DNA of 63,836 bases, counting the filler, from Licmophora abbreviata (Eukaryota): the NCBI GenBank assembly GCA_900291995.1. It is 8 parts of 8 records of this genome, joined end to end, with 100 filler letters (N's around TTAATTAATTAA, not from the genome) between each part and the next. Parts side by side here need not be neighbours in the genome. Positions count along the whole stretch, not along the records: positions 1 to 24,013 come from OLMU01000932.1; positions 24,114 to 36,419 come from OLMU01000933.1; 6 more parts are not named here. One strand, given 5' to 3'. Numbering within the stretch: position 1 is the stretch's first letter; each line of letters opens with the position of its first letter. The notes under the pieces are model-generated. The model had not been told where the DNA came from. It saw nothing but the letters and a program-made list of their open reading frames with translations, and made no database searches. Below, one piece after another: positions 22,209-33,043 of the stretch. A program made the position numbers and the translations under genes.

Positions 22209-22829
22209 TCATCCATCAAAGTCAAAATCAAAGTCAGGAAACTCAAAGTCGCTCCACCGCATCCACCAAACAAGTAAAATGACGACTCCTAGAAAGATAG
22301 CAAACCATGCAAAGCGAGATGCCTGTCGCGAGTGATTCACGGCATCGCCGTAGCGGCCTCCCGTCCATGCTTGGTCCACACGATAAGAGTTGAACATGGC
22401 CATTACACCAAGCGGGAAACAAAGTATGAGCGCCAGGCACGAGTAGAACTGGTGATTGTCGGGTCGACGAGATGCGTTCATGGGTGTATCCAGCAATCCT
22501 GTCCTTCTAGTCGTCGGGTCGCCCCACAGGTCCGTTGACTGAGGAGTTGGCGCCGCCGGCTGGGCATCTGGTCTGGGGTCGTTCGACGAGAGTGCCATGG
22601 GATGCGACCATGACGTCCTTCCTGTAGCAAGCTCGTAATAGTAGATTCTCCCATCCGATTGTTGTCTGGCAGTCGTCCATCCCGGTGGCAGCGCCCATAG
22701 TTCGTTCGATGTCTCCAATGGACCATAGTATGCGGCCGTGGATTCCCCTTTTTCGAACGGATCGGACGAAGTTATCTCTTCTCCATGTACCAGAACTGGC
22801 ACATTACGTGGATTTGGATCTGAAGACAT
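22209..22829 (-). CDS. WW domain plus CD225/dispanin (IFITM-like) membrane domain protein
   Basis: LPPGWTTARQQSDGRIYYYELATGRTSWSHP (WW) and PDNH..YSCLALILCFPLGVMAMFNSYRV..AW..GRY.DA..HSRQA.RFAW.AI.LG (CD225). Confidence 0.85.
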   Translation of the reverse strand: MSSDPNPRNVPVLVHGEEITSSDPFEKGESTAAYYGPLETSNELWALPPGWTTARQQSDGRIYYYELATGRTSWSHPMALSSNDPRPDAQPAAPTPQSTDLWGDPTTRRTGLLDTPMNASRRPDNHQFYSCLALILCFPLGVMAMFNSYRVDQAWTGGRYGDAVNHSRQASRFAWFAIFLGVVILLVWWMRWSDFEFPDFDFDFDG

Positions 22830-23051
22830 GACTGTAGTGGTGACAACGATAACGGCAGCGACATACTACTCAGTAGATACTAGGACTCTCAACATCGCCA
22901 CTGATGATGATGTCGCTGCGCCGGCGATGACGAGATGTCATTGTTTATTTGCAGTTTCCTAGCGCTAGACACAAGTTCTAGAGAATCTTTTTGTGATTGA
23001 AAAAAAACCTAAAACGATAGAGCGTAATTTCACTGGGGCTCTCTCCAATCG

Positions 23052-23924
23052 TCACCCCGATTTCTCTTTCAGATGTCGGTCCCATTCCTCAAGTTCAGTC
23101 AGTACGCCCGCATCTATTGAGAGCGCTGTATTATCGGCGTGATCACCAGCGCCGACTGACGGCGCCTGCTGTCTTGCCAGTCCGATTCCCTTCACTTTCT
23201 TCTTTTCGTCCGACTTGGAAGCTATGGCCCGACTGATATCTCCAAACGAATAAGTTTTCTTCCCAGTAAATTGAAGGATAGCCTCTCGCGTCTTGTCCCC
23301 CAGCTCGTATTTGGCATCTCCAGTTAAGCTCTCCTTGAACCGCTCATCCAGAGCCGTAGCGAGGGCACCAAGCAACCGCCCACCCACCTCCTCGGCGAGA
23401 GAGACGTTTATCATTTCCAGCAATAGCTTCACGGGAAGTGCACTTGCCACGGGAGTTAGCCCGACACCGAACGATAAGAGTGCCCTACACAAGAACATCA
23501 TGTCTTCCAACGAATATTCTCCCGTCGAGACTCGTCTCAGAATTTCCTTGGACACATCTCCAAATTCGTAAACGTCGTTGCCTGTATAATTGGCTAGCTT
23601 GGCTTTTGCCTGTGCATCTGCCCATCGACTAAGGTCTCCAAACTCATATTCGCCTTCCTTGCCAGTGATCTCGTTTATGGAAGAAGCAGCTTTCTTTGCA
23701 ATTGATCTACTCAAGTCGCCGAATTTGTAGCCGGAAAGGAAACTGAGTCCACCGCTGCTGTCGCTCGTGCCGTCATCGGCATTGTGTTGGTTGTTAGCGT
23801 GCTGAATAGAGCGATGTGCTTTCCATGTCTCCCTCTGAATGATCGCAAAGCCTGGTACTTCACAAAGTATCCCAGAGAGAATATACACTGCAAGCAAGAA
23901 ACTTCGACGACGGTACAATGTCAT
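23052..23924 (-). CDS. Probably plastid-targeted protein with five (TG)x2-4Y-x-(F/L)GD repeats
   Basis: Signal plus Phe (..CEVPG-FAII). Repeats YKFGDLS, YEFGDLS, YEFGDVS, YELGDKT and YSFGDIS. Confidence 0.75.
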   Translation of the reverse strand: MTLYRRRSFLLAVYILSGILCEVPGFAIIQRETWKAHRSIQHANNQHNADDGTSDSSGGLSFLSGYKFGDLSRSIAKKAASSINEITGKEGEYEFGDLSRWADAQAKAKLANYTGNDVYEFGDVSKEILRRVSTGEYSLEDMMFLCRALLSFGVGLTPVASALPVKLLLEMINVSLAEEVGGRLLGALATALDERFKESLTGDAKYELGDKTREAILQFTGKKTYSFGDISRAIASKSDEKKKVKGIGLARQQAPSVGAGDHADNTALSIDAGVLTELEEWDRHLKEKSG

Positions 23925-24013
23925 GGTGTCGTCATCGTGGTTGTCACTTGTCACGGTCAAATTCTGGATCTTGTTTTGTGTGGGTTGAAGTAACAAGTTG
24001 AAAGTTGAAAGTT

Positions 24014-24113
24014 NNNNNNNNNNNNNNNNNNNNNNNNNNNNNNNNNNNNNNNNNNNNTTAATTAATTAANNNNNNNNNNNNNNNNNNNNNNNNNNNNNNN
24101 NNNNNNNNNNNNN
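24014..24113. other. Artificial scaffold linker 44N-TTAATTAATTAA-44N; identical copies at 36420-36519, 48096-48195, 53711-53810, 57488-57587, 60312-60411 and 61956-62055
   Basis: Seven identical 100-nt N blocks with a palindromic core that gives stop codons in all six frames. Confidence 0.97.
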
Positions 24114-24680
24114 TCATGGATAGTTCCTGGATAGTTCCAAGTCCGTTTGGAATGGAATGGAACCGAACACTAGAAAGTTGGCACTCGTAATTCTCAACAT
24201 CCGAACACCCACAACACGTACTCCGTACAAACTCTACTGCTTTCTACGTAGAGTACCTAGTCACCCTCCAATGATACCGGGCGCGATAGAGCAAGGGATA
24301 TACAAAGCGGCCGGAGAGAGCAGTGGCTGGCAAACTGTGCGTCTTGACGACTCATTCCGGCTTTCACAGGGCAACTGGTAATCCATTGCTCTCGGAGAGT
24401 ACTTTGAAAGCGGGCCAGAGTCTTCGAAGAGCGAGAACGGGGCAGTCAAGCGTCTGTCACGCGAACAAACAAATTTGGAATCTGACCACCACGGTCGGAA
24501 GCTTATTATCAATTTCGTTGTTTTCTTGGCGATTGAGAGCGCCGAGACGACAGAACGGGGGCAAACCCACAACCGATCTTTTGACAATAGCATGGCTGTG
24601 GAATAAACTGGGCTTATCTTGGAACTCGCGGTCACTTTTTGCCGCCATCTACCAACATCTCAGACTACAAATTCATCACC

Positions 24681-25835
24681 ATGAGTGAACGCATGATTGA
24701 GCTCCAACGAGCCAAGCTTGGACTGCCTCCAATTGCAAGGGGGGCTCCCACTGCGGGATCACAGACAAATTCCAACACTGCTGCGACGACAGGTGCATCG
24801 ACTGCAGCGACGGCTGCTGCCTTTTCGGTGCCAGTGTCGTCGGCAACCAGTGGTAGCGCAGCCGCTCACCCAATCCAGGTCGCAGCTCCCGTCGCGCCTC
24901 CGCAATTGACGCCACAGCAGGCTGCAGCGGCAATGCTGCGCGCCGAAGACCAAAAACTTCAAATATTCGTGCATAAATTGCAAGCGCGACATGAGAAAAG
25001 TACGGTTCCGTCATCGTTATCAAGACGAATGTTACAGCGACAGGGCGTAGGGTACATGGACGATACAGTCGCAGCAGCTGTATCAGCAACGGGGGATCGA
25101 TTTATGGCCACGCTTTTGCAACAGGCCGTGGCGTGTCGTGACCAACGACTCAAGGGGACGGAACTGCGACGACAAGAAAATGAAGTACGGAGAAAACATG
25201 CTGCGCAACACAAGGCCGATACAGACGATCGCAAGCGACGAAAACTAGAAAGCGAGGAGCAGAAGAAGAAACGGAACCTCGCAGCGATTGCAGCTGGGGA
25301 TACTTTGAAAGAAACTAAGAGTCCTGCTGCCGCTGCTGCAGCAGCGGCGGCGATTGATCCTTCGGCGTCCAAGAGTAAAAGCAAGAAGAGAAAGGGAGCG
25401 CCGGACGACAATGAGGAAGAAGAGTACCTGTCGGACGACTCGCTTGATGAAGAAGAAGACTACTACGAATCGTTCTATGGGAAACACGATGTTGCCGAAA
25501 TAGGTGCAGAAGAGGATGAAGATGATGAGGCGAGTGTCATGCTCTTATTACGAGATCTCGAACGTCCTCTTGAGGCATGGAACGTCCATCTGACTGGAAA
25601 GAGGGGACTTGGGGCTGTGCCCGTGGAAGCTACAAATGACAGGGAAGACGAGGAATCAGCTGCCGACGCAGAGGTCACTGATTACGGAGACGTACAACAA
25701 CTCAACGGGGATGCGACTGATGACTTACCATCAAAAGTTCCAGCCGAATCTCCATCGGCAAAACCGGCCGTGACTAGTCGAAAGACGAGTCGTCCCTCAA
25801 CCCCTGCCAAGTCCCCGACCCCCAAGGGCGGATAG
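24681..25835 (+). CDS. TAF-type split histone-fold protein (TAF10-like; TAF4 is the alternative)
   Basis: STVPSSLSRRMLQRQGVGYMDDTVAAAVSATGDRFMATLLQQA resembles TAF10 PTIP...L...G...D......S....KF......A. The distal MLLLRDLERPLEAWNV resembles the final helix (LTMEDL..AL..YG.V). Confidence 0.6.
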   Translation: MSERMIELQRAKLGLPPIARGAPTAGSQTNSNTAATTGASTAATAAAFSVPVSSATSGSAAAHPIQVAAPVAPPQLTPQQAAAAMLRAEDQKLQIFVHKLQARHEKSTVPSSLSRRMLQRQGVGYMDDTVAAAVSATGDRFMATLLQQAVACRDQRLKGTELRRQENEVRRKHAAQHKADTDDRKRRKLESEEQKKKRNLAAIAAGDTLKETKSPAAAAAAAAAIDPSASKSKSKKRKGAPDDNEEEEYLSDDSLDEEEDYYESFYGKHDVAEIGAEEDEDDEASVMLLLRDLERPLEAWNVHLTGKRGLGAVPVEATNDREDEESAADAEVTDYGDVQQLNGDATDDLPSKVPAESPSAKPAVTSRKTSRPSTPAKSPTPKGG

Positions 25836-26635
25836 TCTGGGGATAAGCCGCCGCCATAGTCATTCTATACCTAGAGGGAAGGTGTCGGAGCTCTATTCGG
25901 GGAAAACTTTGCTATTTTAGAACTTAATCTCCTTGTGATCGTGAGACATGCTCCTCTCTCACTCTACGGACTCTGCTGGTCAAGAGGTCAATGTCAAATC
26001 TTATGGCTCCTCTTATGTCACTCGTGCCATTACACGTATATTCTCCTAAGTGACTGGCGACGATGCATTATCAAACAACCATTGCAATCAAAGCTATTAT
26101 ACCGCTTCAAGTAGAAATCGGTAGGCGTTTATCCATACTTCCTTCGATCTGTCTCGTGCTTGCCCTAGTTTTCGTCGCAGACTTTCAAGTATGGAGCGGC
26201 GTACGAACTGTACACTTTATCCTATAGAGTATCTTCACTGATATTTTCTGGAGGATGCTTCAACTTGGTTCTCCGCCCCACACAACTTCGACCCAACCAT
26301 GATGACAACGAAAACGCCTTCGGAGCATCGCAGCTGTCGTCTTACGCTACTGGTGGAACTCCTTTTGTTCTCTATGGGGTGGTAGTGGGCTGCTAACTAT
26401 TCTACAGAATAGAGAAGGAGCGGTTCTTTACGTGTCCTGCTGCAAATCTGGAGTTGGGAGGCATGAAAAATCCTGCTCCGCTGAGTCAGCCATCAGCTGC
26501 CTCAAAAGATCGCGGGGCGCCATCATCACATTCGTCATGACAAATCTTCAACTTGGGCACACACGCACGAAGTTTTTCTTTCCTACATCTGGCCACAAAT
26601 TCCCGTCAACCTTGCACAACACCAGTCACTACAAC

Positions 26636-27799
26636 ATGAAGGTCTCCGCTATCGCTACCCTGGCCGTTCTCGGCAGCGCTTCGGCGTTCGTCCAGCCTGC
26701 TGTTTCGCGCGCTTCTTCGACAAGTCGCTCGGTCCTCGCGGAACCGACCATCGATACTCCGAAGGCAGAAACATCTTCGCCTGTGGTAGAGGAGCCAACA
26801 CCCAAAGTTTCAAAAGCGAAAGCTGTGGCGCCGTCTGCTGTCGAGAAGCCTATCGCCAAGGCAGAACCGGTCACCCCACCCGTCAACAAAAGCGTCAAGT
26901 CAAAGGAGCCTTTCTTTGCCACTCCCGTCAACCCCAACGCGCAGATTACGCCGTGAGTTGAAGTTCTTTGGAACGCAAGTGATACTGATCGACAGCGTAA
27001 CCACATTCCTAACCCTTTCGCTCGCTTTTCCCTTCTGGCCAATCATAGTGGACGGTACGACAGCATCGACTATTCCATCACTCTCCCCTTCTTCCAGAAG
27101 CCGCCCCAGCTGGATGGCTCCCATGCTGGTGACTATGGGTTTGACCCCATGGGTTTCACTGAGGACTACGACCTGTACTACATGCAAGAGTGCGAACTCC
27201 GTCACGCCCGTCTCGCTATGCTCGCCGTAGTTGGGTGGCCCATGTCAGAACTTGTTGGCCCCGACTTCATGCTCGTCGATGGAAGGGCTCCCAGCGTGTT
27301 GAATGGTGTCAACCCAATCTCTGGTGGAATCATCCTCTCTGCTTTTGCTGCCATTGGAGCGCTCGAATACGCAACTTCCCTGCGTAGGACTGCCGGTACC
27401 AAGCTAGGTGACAAGCATGCGAACGACATGGAGAAAGTGTGGGACTGGGGAGTCGCCGGGGACTACAACTTTGATCCTCTTGGACTCTATGATCTCCTCG
27501 GAGACGATGCCCAGGGTCGCAAGGGTATGCGCGAACTCGAAATCTCGCACGGGCGATGGGCCATGGTCGGAATCACTGGCTTCGCATTTCTCGAGGCCCT
27601 TTCGGGCAAGCCCATCGTCGAGAGCAACCTCTTGTTCCACCCGAACCCTGTAGTGCCCGCTTTGGCTTTGTCCTACTTTGCTTGGTCTCAGTTCTATCAG
27701 GTGTCCGATGTGCGCAAGTTCCCAATCCGTGTCGAGTACACCAAGGACGGAGAAGAGATGATCCGAGGAATCAAGCGAAGCTTGAACGGAGGTCAATAG
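26636..27799 (+). CDS. Light-harvesting chlorophyll a/c (FCP) protein, Lhcz/Lhcr-like; intron 26953-27048
   Basis: Signal peptide ending ASA-FVQP; LPFF.KP..LDGSHAGDYGFDPMG; helix 1 ECELRHARLAMLA..GWP.SEL; GDYNFDPLG; helix 3 ELEISHGRWAM. Confidence 0.95.
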
Positions 27800-28159
27800 A
27801 AAGGCAACTTTCGGCGATCCATTGATCATAGCTTGAACCCGTTTTTGTTACTATTTAGAAGTAGAACTGGCCTCATCAACTAAACTACCGCTGCACCGGT
27901 ACAGGTAACTGTATGAACGATCCTTCGCCGGTTACAATGTTGGACGACGGCATAGAAGTCGACTCCATCAGTACGTTTGTCGATCGTTTCGTTTCTCGTT
28001 CGCGGCGTGACCGCGCGCGTAGCGCATTGAAACACTTCAACATCTCGCCGTCATAACTACATTGTATGTGTCTGTGAGCCTCTCGACCATGAGTAGTATC
28101 GTTTTACCCGTACCACTACTCTACAAGCAGGCCTAACGGAACGCATTAAACGGAAGAGA

Positions 28160-28774
28160 ATGTCTCCATCAGAGAATGCCGACAAGGCTCCAAGTTTCAA
28201 GCGAAATGATTGCCCACCGACGTCTGAGGATGGCGACGAGTTGGCCGTTGACAGCTTCATGCCCGACGTTCCGTTCGGCTTGACTCCTGCGCATGTACTG
28301 GGGATCGCTTCTTTGCCGTTCTGTATAGGGGCGTATACTGGCTACCAGCGAGAGTTGGAAAAAGCGGCCAAGGAAGAAGAAAGGAGGCAATCCAAGGCGC
28401 ACTTATCGAAAGCCGCCTTTCGAAAACATACGCTGAGTGCCGACGGCCGTGTGTTGGCGACGCGAGCACTAGGAATCGGGACGCTACTCAGCGTTGGTGG
28501 GTTTGGAATGATTTGCGCAGTGACGTTTTATGCCACTGGATATCGAACTTGGGGAGAGGCAGTGTCGTCCGTGCGAAAGTGGAGCCGGCGGCAACGAGAC
28601 GACGTGGAACAATCGTTCGGTGTAGACTTGGGCTTTCGAGATCACCCAGATACAGCTGCTACGAAACACATGACAGAAGAGGAGGAATGGGCGTATATTC
28701 AAAAAAAGTACCTTTCCAACGTTACAGATACTGATAGCGCAGACCGTAGTCAGCGATCGAATCAGTCAGACTGA
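28160..28774 (+). CDS. TMEM242/DUF1358-like two-TM (probably mitochondrial) protein
   Basis: G..LATRALGIGTLLSVGGFG......YATG resembles the TMEM242 motif LALRALGWGSL..W.G.G......KALG. Confidence 0.6.
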   Translation: MSPSENADKAPSFKRNDCPPTSEDGDELAVDSFMPDVPFGLTPAHVLGIASLPFCIGAYTGYQRELEKAAKEEERRQSKAHLSKAAFRKHTLSADGRVLATRALGIGTLLSVGGFGMICAVTFYATGYRTWGEAVSSVRKWSRRQRDDVEQSFGVDLGFRDHPDTAATKHMTEEEEWAYIQKKYLSNVTDTDSADRSQRSNQSD

Positions 28775-29122
28775 TGTGCATATTCTACGGGAGCTTTTCA
28801 CCGTAAATTATGTTCGATTGACGACGGACGAAACGTCAGTCGCCAGTGCCGTCGAGGTCCTTTGAAAAACTTTGAAAAAGGTGCCCAATACTGTCAAGGG
28901 CGAGCTGGTCAACGACCAAGATCTTTGACTATTGCACCATGGACTTGGTTATATCAACATCGTGAGCACCGGTTTCCAACATTTCTGTGTCATACGTGAG
29001 CATGTGTCATGATCAGCAATCCGCTGTGTTTGAGAGTTTCCGCTCTCGTGTCATGGTAGCAGTAGATCCTTCTGCCATTCGGACCACTGTCATCCTAGAG
29101 TAGGCGTCGAGGTGACTGTATT

Positions 29123-30455
29123 CTAGAGTTCGTCATGTTTCCCTTGCCCCATGGAGGCAAGATGCTTGGCCATGAGATGCTCCCCAGCTGTAGTGGTAGG
29201 GTACGCGGCCGTGACATCCTTGTCGACGCACGAGGCAATCGGTTCGATCACCGCATCGCCATTCATATTGGCAAAGAATGCCATGGACTGTCGACGATTG
29301 TCAATTGTTGTAGTAATGGAAGTGTTGCTGTTGTTGTTACCCTCGAAGGATGGTGGCACGACGACACGATGCAGGGTTGAAACCCACTTATCTGTACGTA
29401 TCGAGAAATACATATCGAGAAAGATGGCCGAGTGAGCAACTGATCTGACAGATGGGATTCATTTACGATTTCTTTTCGGAAGGACAACACGCAAACACAC
29501 CATTCGTCCATCTCTGCATCAAGTCTCCTAAATTGACAATGAACGCATCCTTGATGTCCGGAACGTCGATCCATTCGTCGTTGCCTTTATAGACTTGTAG
29601 TCCAGGTCCGTCGCTCTTGAGGAGTGTTAGGGCTCCGTAATCGGTATGGGGTCCAGCGCGAAACTGTCCAGACCGAATGTCATCGTCATCGTCATCCTTG
29701 ATACTGAGAATCGTAGGATAATTGAGTATTCTCAATGCACACATGTGATGATCAAACTTGCGTTCGAAGAAGGATGGTGGTAGATCAAGTGCTTCTGCAA
29801 AGATCCGCAATAACAGGGCCGCCAAAATCTCCATGGCGGAATAATACGCTTCAAGTGCCGGTTGAAAATCGTCTACTCTGTGCGTCGTTTGAAATGGTGG
29901 AAAGCGGCGTGGTGGCATACCCGAAGCCGGATTACTGGGTCCAATCGAAAACGTCTCCTTGAGATCAGGACGAGAAAGACGCTCGCCAGAATCAGAAGAT
30001 AGTCTCTCCTCCTCCATCAAGAACGCCTTCTTTCCTCTTTCCAGCGTCTCTGACTCCTCGTATCCATAGGGATAGTCGGTCTGATTGGCCACTGCCGCTT
30101 GCATCTTGACCGCCCGGGGCAAGTCAAAAAAGTCCCGGGATGCCCTCCAGGCACGATCCATGAGAGCCTTATCTACTCCATGATTGACAATTGCAAAGAA
30201 CCCAATGTCTTGACAGGCCCGTCGGACTTGCTCCACGACGGCAGACCTAGTAGGGTCGCGGGAGTTGGACGATTCCAATGACGACGACGAAAAATAAACT
30301 GAAAGATCAATCAAGGGAATCGCCGATTGTGGTGCTGGTGAATCTTCCATTTCTTCGACGAAAGTTCCTATCATCGGGAACACATTTCTCGTCAGCAAAG
30401 CGAACGATACGACGAGTCTCGTCACAGCGAACGCCGACCGCATCATCTTCATCAT
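29123..30455 (-). CDS. 2-oxoglutarate/Fe(II) dioxygenase (DIOX_N plus IPNS-like); intron 29500-29392
   Basis: IPLIDLS, ACQDIGFFAIVNHGV, HTDYG (HxD), VNLGDLMQRWTN|DKWVSTLHRV (distal His) and RQSMAFF (RxS). Confidence 0.93.
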
Positions 30456-30692
30456 TGTGAAATTTGAAATTTGAGGTGTAACTTTTTTTGCACAGGCGGG
30501 AGTTTTGAGTCGAGCTAGTCCACCACTGCGCACTTCTGAGCGGACTGCGCGCGTCTAATATAAAGACGTCTGGCGGGCGCCCGTAGAAATGAAAGACGAC
30601 GCGGGGCGACGCGACGACCACGACCTACCATGACATATTGTTTTGCTTCTCATCGTCGTGTTCGTCGCTTGCCGTTTTTTGAATAAGCTATC

Positions 30693-31642
30693 ATGTCGCT
30701 CCTAGTACTACACGGCTCTCGTCAAAGGCGAAGATTGATGGCTCACATGGTGATTCCAGTCCGAATCGTGAAGCAGCAGAAGCAGCAGCGTTCATGCTGG
30801 ACAAGACCGGCGACGAAGACATCAGTCTACAACTCTGCATCATGGATCTCTCCGCGATCCAACAGCAGTAGTAGCAGGGTGAATGCCACCACGACGACGC
30901 GTCGCGTTCTTTCGTCTTCGACCGACAATTCCAGTGACAGAAGCAGCAGCACTACTTCCGCCACTTCGGACAACAGCAACGAAGGTTTCTTCGGCAGGAT
31001 CCGTCAGACCTTTGAAGATCGTTCCAAACGTCAGCAAACCGAAAAGTATGCTGCCCAGCTGCGGAAAATGGCCGACAAGGAAGCCTGGACGCTCTCGGAC
31101 TATGTGCAGGATCTCGACGACGCGGTTAACAATTGGCGTAACAAGATTCCCGGCATGAGTCAATTGGAGCAAAACAAAATGGCAAAGCAGGCACAGACTG
31201 TTGTCAAGGCAGTGATAGAGGAGGCGGGAGGGACTTCGACCATGCACGATTTGAACAAGCTGGGACGGGTGGAGAAGGTGCGTACGATTCGATCTATTCT
31301 ATATGTTTGTAGTCTTGACCAGCTTCACTTCTGTGTTTGTACTGACATACCGTGGCATGGAAACAACTGGGTCTCTTTTTTCCTCAGCTACGAATCAGTC
31401 TCAAGAGCGGTTCATCCATGGAAGAGCTCAATCTCATGCTCAAACAGTTTCAAGCCGTGGACATGATGCACCAGGTCTTGAGGTATCGAAAGAAGCATGG
31501 TAAGCCCATTCCGACGGACGAAGCATCCATGAAGGTCGCTGTCCAAACGGATGCGGCCAAGGCGGTAAGCAGGGAAACAAAGAATCAAATGAAGGCGGCC
31601 CAGCGGAAGCGTGTCACGAGGTCTTCCGGCTCGAAGCGGTAA
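30693..31642 (+). CDS. Stand-alone SRP54/Ffh M-domain-like protein with an R/S/T-rich mitochondrial-type presequence; intron 31278-31387
   Basis: WTLSDYVQDL...KIPGM...EK|LRISLKSGSSMEELNLMLKQF resembles Ffh FTL.DF..QL...LPGM...R.RIA.GSG...EVN.LLKQF. No GTPase motifs are present. Confidence 0.7.
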
Positions 31643-31876
31643 TACTTGTTAGCGTGTATGGTGTGGCTAATTGATCATGGTACTACTCCCTTTGGAACAT
31701 TCATCATTCATACGTATAGACGCAACCTAGAGTAGTAGGAATAGTCGAGCCAGCTAGAGTTCAGTCTGCTCGTATCGAGCCGAACTTTTCCAAACGCGTA
31801 ATAGCTAGCCGTCTCTGCCTCATCATCGCTACCATTGTTCGATCGATGGATCCATCGGATTTCTATCGTCGGCCTA

Positions 31877-32799
31877 TTACCCTGTGTGCGACGTAGGTAG
31901 GCTGAACTTTCCTCCTTTCGCCTTGCTGTAGATCGACAAACGGGCGACGAGCCGCGGGTGAGTATCAAAAATTCCAACAAGATTTAGACCAAAAAGTTTG
32001 TCCTCGATTTTCACACACCTCTTGATGTAGTAGTAGAAAAAGTCAGCGTAGAGTAGTGTCTGGAGGACGCCGCAAAAGTACACAACCCAGTGATGACGGT
32101 AATTATGCTCTGTATGTGCTCTGTAGATCCAGTTCAGGATATACAAAGCTCGATACGCGCCCATGAAGAAAATATAATTCCCCGTCAAGTTTTCCACTTC
32201 CCGATAACGCTGCAACACAATCAGCTGCGGCAAGATTGCAATCGCCTCCAAGTAAATCGAAAACGTCCACAGCAACTCCAAAATGTCGATGCTAAACCTG
32301 CTTCCAATCAGGTGTGTAATGACAGCGATGGCAGCACATGGAGCGGCGGCATACTTCCAATGTAAGAACGTATCCTGTGCCTTGTCGTATGTTGAACAGA
32401 TTGGTTGCTGAAAGCGAATGGCGTAAACAATCGTAGCCGTAGTTCCAATATAAAGGATCTTCATGCACGAATTGTATAGTGAATAGAACGTCGTAAACAA
32501 GTCCAAGTACCGCGTCACGAATACACAGAGAAACAGCTCGTGAGTTCGAAGCGAAATGCCTGCAGGGTTGGAGCGAGAAGGTGGCAAAATGTGAGCTTAG
32601 TTTCGGTGTTCGGGTGGATAACTGTAAAATAACGCCTGGAGGCGGCGGCTTCGGGTGCAATTGAGACCAATGCGAAGCGGTCGACGATTTCTGCCGTCGT
32701 ACCTTGAGCATTTTTGGCAACACGCAACCTCAACAACAAAACAATGATGCTGAAGACATGGGACATGTCACCCAGCAGGCGGAAGATGTTCATGCTCAT
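31877..32799 (-). CDS. ERD2: ER lumen protein-retaining (KDEL/HDEL) receptor; introns 32702-32560 and 32018-31926
   Basis: MNIFRLLGDMSH, G|ISLRTHELF..VFVTRYLDLF, WTFSIYLEAIAILPQL and G.YRALYILNWIYR, GVLQTLLYADFFYYY. Confidence 0.96.
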
Positions 32800-33043
32800 C
32801 TTGGCTCGTCCTTTGTTGGCTCCCGGAGAGGCCGCTGGCTTCGTGTTGCAGAATGACCGCGTTGTGATGTCTCCTTGAATCTTCTACCACAAAATATGTA
32901 GAAACCGTCGTATGTAGAAACACGCTCAATTTTGGTACAAGAGCCGTTGGTCTGTATTCTATTCATCTATCGATTGCGGAAGCACAGCTGAAGACGTTAC
33001 CTAACATAAAGTACTTAGTATTACAGATCCTCCTTTTCTGCAG

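Noticed and set aside
21531..22273. ORFs 21791-22273, 21562-21924 and 21683-21982 as extra genes
   Set aside because: No recognisable motifs; they overlap the WW-CD225 3' end and a promoter-like region.
24058..24069. TTAATTAATTAA recurring seven times, considered as a biological repeat, CRISPR repeat or TE target site
   Set aside because: It is always centred in identical N blocks, so it is a six-frame-stop assembly linker.
28815..28842. 9-bp hairpin in a 3' region as a SECIS or ribozyme
   Set aside because: It lacks the SECIS AUGA/GA quartet geometry and a full hammerhead core, and the upstream gene needs no Sec.
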